In this document: positions 1 through 9,885 of the stretch, in pieces | Layout of the letters: each line of letters starts with the position of its first letter | Position numbering within the stretch: position 1 is the first letter of the stretch | Assembly: GCA_033763735.1 (NCBI GenBank) | Contig: JANRJY010000026.1 | Coordinates: 101,343-165,342 of the forward strand | Origin: Bacteroidota bacterium | Lineage (GTDB): Bacteria > Bacteroidota > Bacteroidia > Cytophagales > UBA9547 | Direction of reading: 5' to 3' | Length of the DNA: 64,000 bases | The notes under the pieces: model-generated | What the model was told of the DNA's origin: nothing | What the model saw: the letters and a program-made list of their open reading frames with translations, nothing else | Database searches by the model: none | Made by a program: the position numbers and the translations under genes

Positions 1-63
1 AAAATTAAAATATCAATGGCAGCAACTGCAAACTTAGGATTTACATCAAAATAGCTTTTTTAC

Positions 64-1458
64 GTGAAAAAAATTAATTTCATATTATTCATTTTCGTTG
101 CAATAAGCAACTCATTTGCACAAGAATTTGTGATGCAGGGGATGCAACATGTGTATCAATCTTCATATTCAAACCCAGCAGCGATTCCAGATCAAAAAGT
201 TAGCTTTAGCGTAGTTACAGGATCAATTTTACAAGGGAGTTTAATAAGTCCCATAACAATTAAAGATTTGACTGCTGATGGCAAAAGTGAAATTAATCAA
301 AAGTCATTAGAAAGAGCGTTAAGCAGCAGTAACAATTTATTTGGTATTACTAATTCATTTGAATTAATGCATGTTCGTGCCAAATTTAAAACAACATACA
401 TATCATTTGATATTAATTCCATATTAAATTTCTATATGTTTTTGCCTAAAGATTTATCAAAATTAACTTCTGGAAATATAAATCCTGATTTTACTGGTCG
501 TACCATTGATTTGTCTAGTTTCGGTTTGAGTTTTATGCATTACAATCAATATGCATTAGGTTTTGCAAGAGAAGGAAAAAAATTAAATATAGGGGTAAGA
601 GCTAAATTTCTACAAGGTTTAGCTAATGCTAATATTGATGCGAAATCAGCAAAACTTGATTTTAGCGATCCAAGAAACATGTATGATATTTCATTAAATG
701 CGGAAGGTACATTTCAAACTTCTACAGCAAATTTTACCACCGGTGATAATGCAGGATCTGCACTCGCAAAGTATTATGGAAATATGAATAATCTTGGTTT
801 TGCTACTGATTTAGGACTCACATATAAAATCACCAAAGGCCTCCATGTCAATTTGTCTGCAAATAATATTGGCTTTATAACATGGAGAAGCAATACCAAC
901 ACTTATGATTTATCTTCTGGCACCATTAAATTTGGTGGTATAGATATTGGTCGGCAATTATTTGCAGGTAATACACTTGCCGGAAATAATATTACAGATT
1001 CAATCTCTAAAAAATTAACACCTAAAAGCAACAGTAATCAAGCATATACTACTTTTTTGATTCCTAATTTCTATTTATCAGGCAGATATTATATTACACC
1101 AAGGGTAGATATGTCATTAACTTTATTCGCAATGAATTATAGAAAATTGTTTTTTGGCGGTTCTGTTGGGGCACAAGTCAAACTAGGCAGAATATTTAGT
1201 TTATCAGGTAATGTATCATATATGTATAGTTCATTAATGACAGGTGCAGGACTTATGGTTAAATTGGCTTGTTTTCAATTTTATGGAGCACTGGATAATA
1301 TATACTTAAGTGGCGCTCCTTTATCGAATGATTCCAGTAATCCTGCTTCCAATATTTATATTCCGGTTGATCAACGTATGGTAAATATCCGAACAGGTAT
1401 GAATTGGGTATTTGGTAGAAATGCATTGAATCAAAAACAACCATTTGACAAAGATTAA
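64..1458 (+). CDS. Outer-membrane beta-barrel protein, PorP/SprF-like or DUF5723-like (family assignment tentative)
   Basis: 464-aa ORF with GTG start and a signal peptide ending NSFAQ. Alternating beta-strand-like pattern throughout. Lies 26 nt upstream of an OmpA/PorE-like gene. Confidence 0.5.
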   Translation: MKKINFILFIFVAISNSFAQEFVMQGMQHVYQSSYSNPAAIPDQKVSFSVVTGSILQGSLISPITIKDLTADGKSEINQKSLERALSSSNNLFGITNSFELMHVRAKFKTTYISFDINSILNFYMFLPKDLSKLTSGNINPDFTGRTIDLSSFGLSFMHYNQYALGFAREGKKLNIGVRAKFLQGLANANIDAKSAKLDFSDPRNMYDISLNAEGTFQTSTANFTTGDNAGSALAKYYGNMNNLGFATDLGLTYKITKGLHVNLSANNIGFITWRSNTNTYDLSSGTIKFGGIDIGRQLFAGNTLAGNNITDSISKKLTPKSNSNQAYTTFLIPNFYLSGRYYITPRVDMSLTLFAMNYRKLFFGGSVGAQVKLGRIFSLSGNVSYMYSSLMTGAGLMVKLACFQFYGALDNIYLSGAPLSNDSSNPASNIYIPVDQRMVNIRTGMNWVFGRNALNQKQPFDKD

Positions 1459-1484
1459 ACAACTATAAATCAAGAATTTATACA

Positions 1485-3623
1485 ATGAATATCGTTCGTT
1501 TTTTACTTATTTTTTTAGTTTGTAGCGTTTGCTTCAAAGGATTTTCGCAAGCAAGTATTGCAGGGACTAAACTTGAAGAAAAACAAACAAAATCTTCATT
1601 TTTGCCTGTAAATGTAGGGAGTGGAGTGAATTCAGCTTATGATGAAATTAATCCCGTAATCTCTCCTGATGGCAAAACACTTTATTTTATTCGTATCAAC
1701 CATCCGGATAACAATTACGGCAAAAACGATTCACAAGATGTATGGTATTCTGAACTTCAAGCCGATAAAACGTGGGGTCCTGCAAAGCATTTTAATAATT
1801 TCATCAATAATGCACGTTACAATGCCGTATTGTCCATTTCAAATGACGGCAAGCGATTGTTGATATCTGGAGTATACAATGGTTCCAAAAGATGGTATAA
1901 AAATGGACTTTCAGTAGTAAGCAAATTTGGAGACGAATGGGGAATTCCCGAAAAAGTAAAAATTCCTGCATACAAACGATTCAGTGAAGGTCAGGTAAGT
2001 AATGCATTTTTGAGTTATGACGGTCAATACCTATTGTTGGCAATTACCAAAAGATATAATGGTAAAAAACTTGATTTATATGTTTCCAAGTATGAAGATG
2101 GATATTGGAGTAAACCCAAAAGCCTTGGGAAAAGTATTAATACTCGCAAATACAGTGAGGAATCTCCATTTTTGAGTAACAACAACGAAATTCTGTATTT
2201 TGCTTCAAAAAGACCAACCGGCAAAGGAAGTTTTGATTTGTATAAGTCAAATCGTATGAGTGCTAATTGGGAAGAATGGACTACCCCTGTCATACTAAGT
2301 GACACAATTAATTCCGGTGGTTATGAGTCGTACTTTAAATGCACAAAAAGAGGCAATTACGCTTATTTTGTTTCAACTTCTAATTCATTGGGAGGAGCTG
2401 ATATTTTTAAAATTAAGTTGTATGAAGAACAGCCTTATGTTGTTGTTTCAGGTAAAATCAGAAACAAAAAAACAAATGAATTAATGACTTCCAAAAAAGA
2501 ATATTCGATTACCATCAATGATATGAAGGTAGATTCGATTAAAATCAATTTTGACTCAGCTACTTATAAATTTAAAATTCCATACGGCAAAAACTATGTT
2601 GCCAAAGTATTAATGAAAAATTATAAATCCGATCCTGATACTTTGAAATTCAAAGATATTAACGAATATACTGAAGTCACCAAAGATTTGTATGTTGAAC
2701 CCATTCCTTATGTAGTTGTTCGTGGTACTTTTTTAGATCGTAATACAGGTTTGGCAATCCCTCCTGCTGCTTCACCCAAACTTGTGGTGAATGGTGCGGT
2801 GGTCGATTCTGCAAAAATTGAACTTTCTACTTCAAGTTATTCTGTAAAACTACCCTATGGCAAAACATATTCATTGAGTTTGCAGGCCTTTAAATATAAC
2901 CCGGTAATTGACACCTTGAACTTGGAATCAGTTACAGAATACAAAGAAATTTCAAAACCTTTACTTGGTGAAAAAGAGGTAGAGAAAATCGTAACCCGTT
3001 CGATAATAACCGGAAAAGTAATCGATAAGAAAACCGGCAAACCTATTTTAAGTTCAGTTCCCTTCAATATCGTAGTGGATAGTTTGCCAAATTTAGTTCC
3101 TCAAATCAATGCGGTAACATCGGAGTACACTATAGAAGTAACCCCCGGTAGAAAATACACTTTAGGGGCACGAGCGGAAAAATACTACCCAATATTCGAA
3201 ATTGTGGATTTGACTAAAGAAAAAGGTCAAATTAAAGTTATCAAAGATCTTTTAATAGCTCCTGTGGTAATTGGTCAAGCAGTTCGAATGAATAATATTT
3301 TCTTTATAAGTGGTAAGGCTCAATTAACACCTGCATCATATCCGGAACTTGATAAACTTGCCAAATTCTTACTCGAAAATCCATCGCTTCGTGTTGAAAT
3401 TGCAGGACACACAGATAATGTTGGTAAAAAAGACAAAAATTTGCAACTCTCCAGATGGAGAGCTCGTGCGGTAGAATTGTATATTGAGGCAAAAGGAGTA
3501 CCGACTACGCAAGTTTCATTTAATGGTTATGGCGACACCAAACCCGTTGCACCAAACAAAACACCTTGGGGCAAATCTCAAAACAGACGTGTGGAGTTTA
3601 TTATCCGCGAGATAGTGAAATAA
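1485..3623 (+). CDS. OmpA-family peptidoglycan-binding protein with PD40/TolB-like beta-propeller repeats and carboxypeptidase-regulatory-like repeats (PorE-like architecture)
   Basis: Signal peptide. PD40-like motifs (ISPDGKTLYFI, SISNDGKRLLISG, LSYDGQYLLLA, ILYFASKR). Three VVVSGKI/VVVRGTF/IITGKVIDKKTGKP CRD-like starts. C-terminal OmpA_C signature VEIAGHTDNVG...NLQLSRWRARAV...GYGDTKPVAPN...NRRVEFII. Confidence 0.8.
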   Translation: MNIVRFLLIFLVCSVCFKGFSQASIAGTKLEEKQTKSSFLPVNVGSGVNSAYDEINPVISPDGKTLYFIRINHPDNNYGKNDSQDVWYSELQADKTWGPAKHFNNFINNARYNAVLSISNDGKRLLISGVYNGSKRWYKNGLSVVSKFGDEWGIPEKVKIPAYKRFSEGQVSNAFLSYDGQYLLLAITKRYNGKKLDLYVSKYEDGYWSKPKSLGKSINTRKYSEESPFLSNNNEILYFASKRPTGKGSFDLYKSNRMSANWEEWTTPVILSDTINSGGYESYFKCTKRGNYAYFVSTSNSLGGADIFKIKLYEEQPYVVVSGKIRNKKTNELMTSKKEYSITINDMKVDSIKINFDSATYKFKIPYGKNYVAKVLMKNYKSDPDTLKFKDINEYTEVTKDLYVEPIPYVVVRGTFLDRNTGLAIPPAASPKLVVNGAVVDSAKIELSTSSYSVKLPYGKTYSLSLQAFKYNPVIDTLNLESVTEYKEISKPLLGEKEVEKIVTRSIITGKVIDKKTGKPILSSVPFNIVVDSLPNLVPQINAVTSEYTIEVTPGRKYTLGARAEKYYPIFEIVDLTKEKGQIKVIKDLLIAPVVIGQAVRMNNIFFISGKAQLTPASYPELDKLAKFLLENPSLRVEIAGHTDNVGKKDKNLQLSRWRARAVELYIEAKGVPTTQVSFNGYGDTKPVAPNKTPWGKSQNRRVEFIIREIVK

Positions 3624-3632
3624 TTGTTATTT

Positions 3633-3968
3633 TTAAAACAACTTCACTTTATATATCAGACAAATATACCCCGCATATACAATACCGAAAGCAACCAAAA
3701 ACGAAATAACCACACTCAAAGCACCCATTCCGGTGAGTTGTTTGGTGGATTTGATAAATGCTTCTGACAAATTTTTAACATACACTTCCAAAAGTGTAAA
3801 TACCGGGTAGAAAATAATCACTGATGCAAGCATTCTCAAAACCAATGTCATTTGAAGTGATTTGCTTCGCAAATATGGTTCCGTTTTCATCATTATTAAG
3901 TCGATTATAAAATTGCCGATTAATACTGAAATTGCAATTGTCGAAAATTGTGTGATTTTTTTGTTCAT
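3633..3968 (-). CDS. Small integral membrane protein, unknown function
   Basis: 111-aa ORF with about three hydrophobic helices. No recognisable motif. Confidence 0.4.
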   Translation of the reverse strand: MNKKITQFSTIAISVLIGNFIIDLIMMKTEPYLRSKSLQMTLVLRMLASVIIFYPVFTLLEVYVKNLSEAFIKSTKQLTGMGALSVVISFLVAFGIVYAGYICLIYKVKLF

Positions 3969-4294
3969 AAAAAGTGGCTTTGTTTAATTTTAACTTGAGT
4001 TTGTATATTTTTTAATAATAAATTTATAGGATTATTTTCTAAGTGTTTAATTACATATAATTGAATTATTCAATAATTGTTTACTTATAGTCTTTTACTT
4101 TTTGTTTGGTCAAAAAGTAAACAAAAAACCCACCACGAAAGAAAAATATTTGTTTTTTTGCCGCACTACCCACCTTACCATGCCAAAAAACAAATATTTC
4201 ACACCTTTCGTGGACAACCCACCGCACATGGTTTCATATAGAAACTTTAGTTTATCCCAATTTCAAGTTAATTTTAACCAAATTATAAAAATAA

Positions 4295-5365
4295 TTGAAT
4301 AACCACAAATCAAATAAGATTCTTGTAGTTGGTGCCGGAATTGTAGGATGTACGGTAGCTTATGAACTGGATAGATTACATTATAAAGTCCATTTGATGG
4401 ACAATGATCATAAAGATAGTTCATCCACCATTGCTGCCGGCTTGTTTAACCCAATCACCGGAAAAAGGTGGCTCAAAACCTGGATGGCCGATGAGATATT
4501 TCCTTACATGTCAAATTATTACAAGGAATTCGAAAAATCATTTCATGTAAAATTATTTCATCAAATAGGTTTATTCAAACCATTTGATTCCGTACAAGAA
4601 CAAAATAACTGGGCATCTCAATTGACTGACGAAGCTTATCAAAATTGGGTTGAAATAAAATCGGCAAATGAAATAAAAGAAAAAACTGTTGTTGCCCCAT
4701 TTGGAGGATTTTATGTTCCAAAAGCCGGTTGGTTAGATACCAGAATGTATATTTCAAGCATAATCAATTACTTTCAAGAAAAATCAGCATTTGAAATATT
4801 GCACATTGATGCTGTGAAAATCACAGAAGTCTCAAAAAAATATGATTCAATTATATTTTGTGAAGGTTGGAAGGCTACTATGAATCCACTATGGAAATGG
4901 CTGCCATTTAATTTATGTAAAGGTGAATTGATTGAGGTTGAATCAAATGATTATTTTGGTAATTATATCAATAATAAATCAGTATTTGTACTTCCGATTT
5001 CTGAGATTAAATACAAAATTGGGTCCACCTATGAATGGCATAATTTGAATTATGACATAACCCAAGAGGCTAAAGATGAATTGGTTAGTAAGGCAAATAA
5101 GTTCATATTAAGTCCTTTAAAAGTAACCAATCAATGGGCAGGAATTAGACCATCTACCTCAGATAGAAGACCTTTTTTGGGTGTGCATCCGGAACATTCC
5201 AATTTATATATTGTAAATGGTTTTGGATCAAAAGCGGTTTCTTTGACTCCTTATTTTATAAATGAATTTGTAAAATATTATACAGAAGGCAAAGAATTGA
5301 TGCCCGAAATAGATATCAAGCGGTTTTTAGATTATTTTTACAAGCATAAGCACACCAATTCATGA
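4295..5365 (+). CDS. FAD-dependent oxidoreductase (DAO family)
   Basis: TTG start. N-terminal Rossmann dinucleotide motif KILVVGAGIVGCTVAYEL. Length about 356 aa, typical of the DAO family. Confidence 0.7.
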   Translation: MNNHKSNKILVVGAGIVGCTVAYELDRLHYKVHLMDNDHKDSSSTIAAGLFNPITGKRWLKTWMADEIFPYMSNYYKEFEKSFHVKLFHQIGLFKPFDSVQEQNNWASQLTDEAYQNWVEIKSANEIKEKTVVAPFGGFYVPKAGWLDTRMYISSIINYFQEKSAFEILHIDAVKITEVSKKYDSIIFCEGWKATMNPLWKWLPFNLCKGELIEVESNDYFGNYINNKSVFVLPISEIKYKIGSTYEWHNLNYDITQEAKDELVSKANKFILSPLKVTNQWAGIRPSTSDRRPFLGVHPEHSNLYIVNGFGSKAVSLTPYFINEFVKYYTEGKELMPEIDIKRFLDYFYKHKHTNS

Positions 5366-8300
5366 AAAATCCCTTTTTAGGGTACGTATTTATTTTTGTA
5401 ATTTCTATTACTTCTTCAACATTTGGTCAACAAAATTCAGAATCGTTTGGTAAAAACAGAGTTCAGTTTCAACAATTCAGTTGGAGCATAATAAGTACCG
5501 ATAATTTCGATATTTATTATTACCCTCAAAGTAAAGCTGCAGCCTTAATGGCAGCAAAATATGCTGAGTTTGAATTTGATAAAATTACTGATTTGCTCGG
5601 TTATGCACCTTATTCAAGAGTGAAACTTATTGTATATGCCACACATTCTGATTTAATTCAAAGCAATATTGGACTTGCTACGCAGCAAGTGTTTATTGGT
5701 GGTTATGCCGTATTTTTAAAAAATCGGGTTGAAGTTGCCTACACCGGTGTTCAAGTGGACTTTAGAAAAGAAATCAGTAAAGCTGTTTCACAAATGATCC
5801 TTAATGAAATGATGTTTGGTAATGGCTTTTCAGAAGTGCTTAAAAGTTCCTATTTTTTGAGTTTGCCCGAATGGTACTTGAGTGGATTAGTGACTTACAT
5901 AGCTGAAGGTTGGTCAACTGAAATGGATGATAAAATCAGAGATATTTTTAACCATCGAAAATTCCGCAGACCAAATAATTTTACAGGATCCGATGCAACA
6001 ACCATTGGGCACTCTGTATGGAATTATATAGCTGAAAAATATGGGAAGGCAATGATATCCGAAATCATCAATTATACCCGATATTCTAAAAAATATGAAT
6101 CGTCATTTTCGGAAGTGCTATCACTCCCCTATCGAACCATCATGCATGATTGGAGAAATTATTACAAACAACAGGCTGCTGAAGTCAAAGACACACTTAA
6201 AGCACCAACAAAAGATATGTTGCTAGTAAAACAAACAAAAGACGACACCTACTATGGAAGTATAAGAATTAGTCCTGATGGAACCAGAGTGGCTTGGGTT
6301 CAAAACAAAAAAGGGCGTTATAAAGTACTGGTAAAGAACTTAATAACAAATAAAACATATGTAGTTTATAGAGGAGGATACAGATCGTTGGAACAAAAAG
6401 TAGATTATGGAATGCCGGTAGTTGCCTGGAGAAACAACGATAAAGTGGGTGTAATAAGTGTAAAACAAGATAAAATGAAATTGGTTACTTATGACATTAA
6501 AAAGGAAATTGAAAATACTTCCGAAAGATTTCGACTCGAGGTTTCTAACTTTTTGAATATTAAATATGCACAAAAACAAACCTACAGAGGCATATACAAA
6601 CACTTCAAACAACTAAATGATTTTTCATTTTCTGAAGATGGAGCTACTATTTTAATAAGTGGAGAAAATGTATTAGGGCAGTCTGACATATTTTACTATA
6701 ATCTGCGTAATAATAATATAACCCCAATTACTAATGATATATACGATGATAGAAATCCGGTGTTTATGCCCAAATCGGTGAATTCATTTGTATTTAATTC
6801 CAATAGAACTACAGATTCCTTAAATCCAAAGCAAAAAGGTGATTACAGAAAAATACCCCAAGCACACGATATATTTTATTATTCCAGCGATAGTTCCAAA
6901 ATAAAAGCTAAACGACTTACGGATTCAAAATTCAATGAAATAGCTCCAAAGGTGAGTAAAAACGGAGACGTATATTTTTTATCAGACAAAAATGGAATTT
7001 ATGAACTTTACAAATTCGACAGGTCCACACAAAAAACAAAAGTAATGTCGGATTATAGAAAAAGCTTTCAATCGTATGATGTAAATGCAAAACAATCAAG
7101 TTTGGCGTTTATTATGGAAGAACAAGGCAAATATCGATTGTACCTGGACACTAATTTTAAGAGCAAAACATTTAGCGATACTTTGCCAAAAACAACACGC
7201 CAGCAAATGCTTGATAATATGGTAATTACGTATGCAACTTATGCTGAACTAAGCCCACAGGAAACAAAACAAACCCCTGTTATTACCCGAACAGAACTCA
7301 TTAAAAACAGACAAAAAGCACCCATTTTGCTCGATTCCACAGATATTGACGTAGATAATTATGTATTTGAATTTGAAAAAGAAGCAGGAAAATTTGCCCT
7401 AGTTACTGATACTTCAATTAAGAATTCGGGTAAAAGACCCCCAAAAAAAATAGTTGAAATCAAATTAAAATATAATGAAATTTATATTTCATCTCCAGTG
7501 CGATACAGATATGATTTTGGGATTGACAATATTGTTACTTCTCCCAAAATAGAACCCCTTAAATTATGGGGTCTGCAAATGGCTGTGAATATGTCTGACA
7601 TTATGGCTAACCACAGGATCAATGGATATTTTTTTGGAAGTTCTGATTTCAGATCGAGTTATATGAGTGGAGAATATGAGTATTTGAAATTTAGAACTGA
7701 TTTTAAAATTAAGGTGTCAAAAGATGTACTTTTTATTAATCAAAACACCGCACAGCATCGGTATAGTTTGTACAAATATGAAGGTGCCATTTCTTATCCG
7801 CTTAACCCAATGATGAGAGTGAGTGTGACCCCATTTTATGCTAGAACTGTTTTTCAAAATTTGTTTATCCCCCGACAAGGCAATCCCAATTCAAATCAAT
7901 ACGCTGAAACTTATACAGATTATTTAGGCGCAACTATGGAATATAACTATGACAATACGCGTAATATTGGTGTCAATATGATGCTTGGCACCCGAATTAA
8001 AGCCGGAATGACCCAATATCAAGCGGGTATGGCCGGTGATAAATCATTCGGAAAATTTTATTTGGACATCAGAAATTATACCAAAGTACATCGTGAAATT
8101 ATATTTGCACAAAGATTCAACGCAGGTTCATTTGTAGGAAATTATAATGTTAATTTTTTTTTAGGTGGCATGGACAACTGGGCATTTATTGGTTACAACA
8201 GGCTTAGTCCTGAATCTAATTCACTTGTCAATACATCTGCAAACCAAGATAATAGAAGCTTACTTTTTGCCGATTTTGTAACCAATGTTCGGGGCTTTCA

Positions 8301-8679
8301 ATATGGAAAGCAATTCGGCAAGAATTTTTTGATTTATAATGCAGAAATCCGTGTACCTATTATTAGATACTTGGTTCGTAGGCAAATTGGATGGAGTTTT
8401 TTCAGAAATTTTATGCTCACCGGATTTTACGATGTGGGACTTGCATGGACGGGGCGCAATCCTTTGAATTCGGAAACCAACATCAATACCACTACCGTAA
8501 ACCAAAGCCCATTTTCAGCAGTTGTAACTGATTATCGAAACCCTGTACTTTCCGGTTATGGTTTCGGCCTTCGGTCAATGATTGCAGGTTATTATACTAA
8601 AGTTGATTTCGCTTGGGGCACACAAGATTTTGTATTACAACCATTTCTATTATACGTAACTTTAGGCTATGATTTCTAA
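5362..8679 (+). CDS. Large outer-membrane protein: N-terminal globular region, PD40/WD40-like repeats and a C-terminal Omp85/surface-antigen-like beta-barrel
   Basis: 1105 aa with signal peptide. PD40-like motifs (ISPDGTRVAWVQN, FSEDGATILISG, SKNGDVYFLSDKNG). C-terminal third rich in alternating aromatic/hydrophilic strands and ends in ...VTLGYDF, a terminal Phe typical of OMPs. ATGA overlap with the upstream gene. Confidence 0.55.
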   Translation: MKNPFLGYVFIFVISITSSTFGQQNSESFGKNRVQFQQFSWSIISTDNFDIYYYPQSKAAALMAAKYAEFEFDKITDLLGYAPYSRVKLIVYATHSDLIQSNIGLATQQVFIGGYAVFLKNRVEVAYTGVQVDFRKEISKAVSQMILNEMMFGNGFSEVLKSSYFLSLPEWYLSGLVTYIAEGWSTEMDDKIRDIFNHRKFRRPNNFTGSDATTIGHSVWNYIAEKYGKAMISEIINYTRYSKKYESSFSEVLSLPYRTIMHDWRNYYKQQAAEVKDTLKAPTKDMLLVKQTKDDTYYGSIRISPDGTRVAWVQNKKGRYKVLVKNLITNKTYVVYRGGYRSLEQKVDYGMPVVAWRNNDKVGVISVKQDKMKLVTYDIKKEIENTSERFRLEVSNFLNIKYAQKQTYRGIYKHFKQLNDFSFSEDGATILISGENVLGQSDIFYYNLRNNNITPITNDIYDDRNPVFMPKSVNSFVFNSNRTTDSLNPKQKGDYRKIPQAHDIFYYSSDSSKIKAKRLTDSKFNEIAPKVSKNGDVYFLSDKNGIYELYKFDRSTQKTKVMSDYRKSFQSYDVNAKQSSLAFIMEEQGKYRLYLDTNFKSKTFSDTLPKTTRQQMLDNMVITYATYAELSPQETKQTPVITRTELIKNRQKAPILLDSTDIDVDNYVFEFEKEAGKFALVTDTSIKNSGKRPPKKIVEIKLKYNEIYISSPVRYRYDFGIDNIVTSPKIEPLKLWGLQMAVNMSDIMANHRINGYFFGSSDFRSSYMSGEYEYLKFRTDFKIKVSKDVLFINQNTAQHRYSLYKYEGAISYPLNPMMRVSVTPFYARTVFQNLFIPRQGNPNSNQYAETYTDYLGATMEYNYDNTRNIGVNMMLGTRIKAGMTQYQAGMAGDKSFGKFYLDIRNYTKVHREIIFAQRFNAGSFVGNYNVNFFLGGMDNWAFIGYNRLSPESNSLVNTSANQDNRSLLFADFVTNVRGFQYGKQFGKNFLIYNAEIRVPIIRYLVRRQIGWSFFRNFMLTGFYDVGLAWTGRNPLNSETNINTTTVNQSPFSAVVTDYRNPVLSGYGFGLRSMIAGYYTKVDFAWGTQDFVLQPFLLYVTLGYDF

Positions 8680-9841
8680 AATATTCAAAGGGATACTTTT
8701 CCTATTTATTGCGTTTGTGATCGCTTTTAATGCATGGATTTTATTTTCGGGCAAATGGTTTATATACAAGGCTATACGTTACAATTTTGTAAATATTGAT
8801 GATTATAAAATATTCAAAAATAACACTATAACTAAAAGCGATTCTGTTGTAGATTGGCCTTTTGCAACCAAATACAACCAATTCATATTTTCTGATCAAT
8901 TAAATACCACACTAAAAGAAACACAAACTGTTGCTTTTTTGGTAATTAAAAATGATTCTGTTGTCATTGAAAATTATTGGGATGAATATGCTGCAGACAG
9001 TATTTCCAATTCATTTTCAATGGCTAAAACGGCAGTTGCCTTAATGATTGGTGCTGCAATTAAAGATGGATTAATCAAAAACGTAGATCAACCCGTAGGG
9101 GACTTTATTCCTGAGTTTAAGGAAGGAGCAAAATCCAATATTACTATTAAACATCTATTAATGATGTCATCCGGATTGCGTTGGGATGAATCAAAGTCCT
9201 ATGCCAATCCCTTGCAAGTATTTATGTCCGATATTATGGAAGCTTATTATGGGGACGATTTGTATAAAAAAGTAATTGCTTCTCCAGTGGCCTATACTCC
9301 CGGCAAATATTTTGATTACAGCAGTCAAGACTCTCAGATTCTTGCATTTATAATCATGAAAGCCAGTGGCAAAAGCTTAAGTGCATATTTTGAAGAAAAA
9401 ATATGGAAACCCATAGGAGCCAAAAATAATGCCAAATGGTGCCTCGATGAAAAAGGCAACGAACGTTCCTTTTGTTGCCTCAACTCCAATGCAAGAGATT
9501 TTGCCAAATTAGGCAAACTTATGATAAATAAAGGGTTTGCAAATGGAATGCAGGTTATTGATACCACTTATATTAATGAAATGCAAAAACCGATAATGTT
9601 AAAAAACCTAGAAGACACCACCAAAATGGTTGATTTTTACGGTTATCAAACATGGTTAATGAATGACATTCAAAAGAATGTAAGCTATTTTAGAGGCACT
9701 CTTGGTCAAATGATATTGATGTTACCGGAAAAAAATATCATCATCGTTCATTTAGGCAAATGGCAAGGTAGCAAATCAAATAATCATTATACTCAAAGTG
9801 TAGTGTATGTGGAGGAGGTGGGGAAAATCATTGATAATTGA
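8669..9841 (+). CDS. Serine hydrolase, beta-lactamase/PBP4* family
   Basis: N-terminal TM anchor and an S-x-x-K motif (SFSMAKT). 390 aa. Overlaps the upstream gene by 11 nt. Confidence 0.7.
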   Translation: MISKIFKGILFLFIAFVIAFNAWILFSGKWFIYKAIRYNFVNIDDYKIFKNNTITKSDSVVDWPFATKYNQFIFSDQLNTTLKETQTVAFLVIKNDSVVIENYWDEYAADSISNSFSMAKTAVALMIGAAIKDGLIKNVDQPVGDFIPEFKEGAKSNITIKHLLMMSSGLRWDESKSYANPLQVFMSDIMEAYYGDDLYKKVIASPVAYTPGKYFDYSSQDSQILAFIIMKASGKSLSAYFEEKIWKPIGAKNNAKWCLDEKGNERSFCCLNSNARDFAKLGKLMINKGFANGMQVIDTTYINEMQKPIMLKNLEDTTKMVDFYGYQTWLMNDIQKNVSYFRGTLGQMILMLPEKNIIIVHLGKWQGSKSNNHYTQSVVYVEEVGKIIDN

Positions 9842-9885
9842 AATTTATTCTACAATCATAGTATTGATATTCATTAAGTAAAGGG

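Noticed and set aside
1-54. Open frame-1 stretch ending in TAG at 52-54 (…KISMAATANLGFTSK*), possibly the 3' end of an upstream gene
   Set aside because: Only 17 codons are visible, and no motif or start can be assessed.
4102-4302. 66-aa ORF in the 3969-4294 intergenic region
   Set aside because: It spans the palindromic structure, has an alternative start and low-complexity composition, and runs into the oxidoreductase start. It is more likely non-coding.
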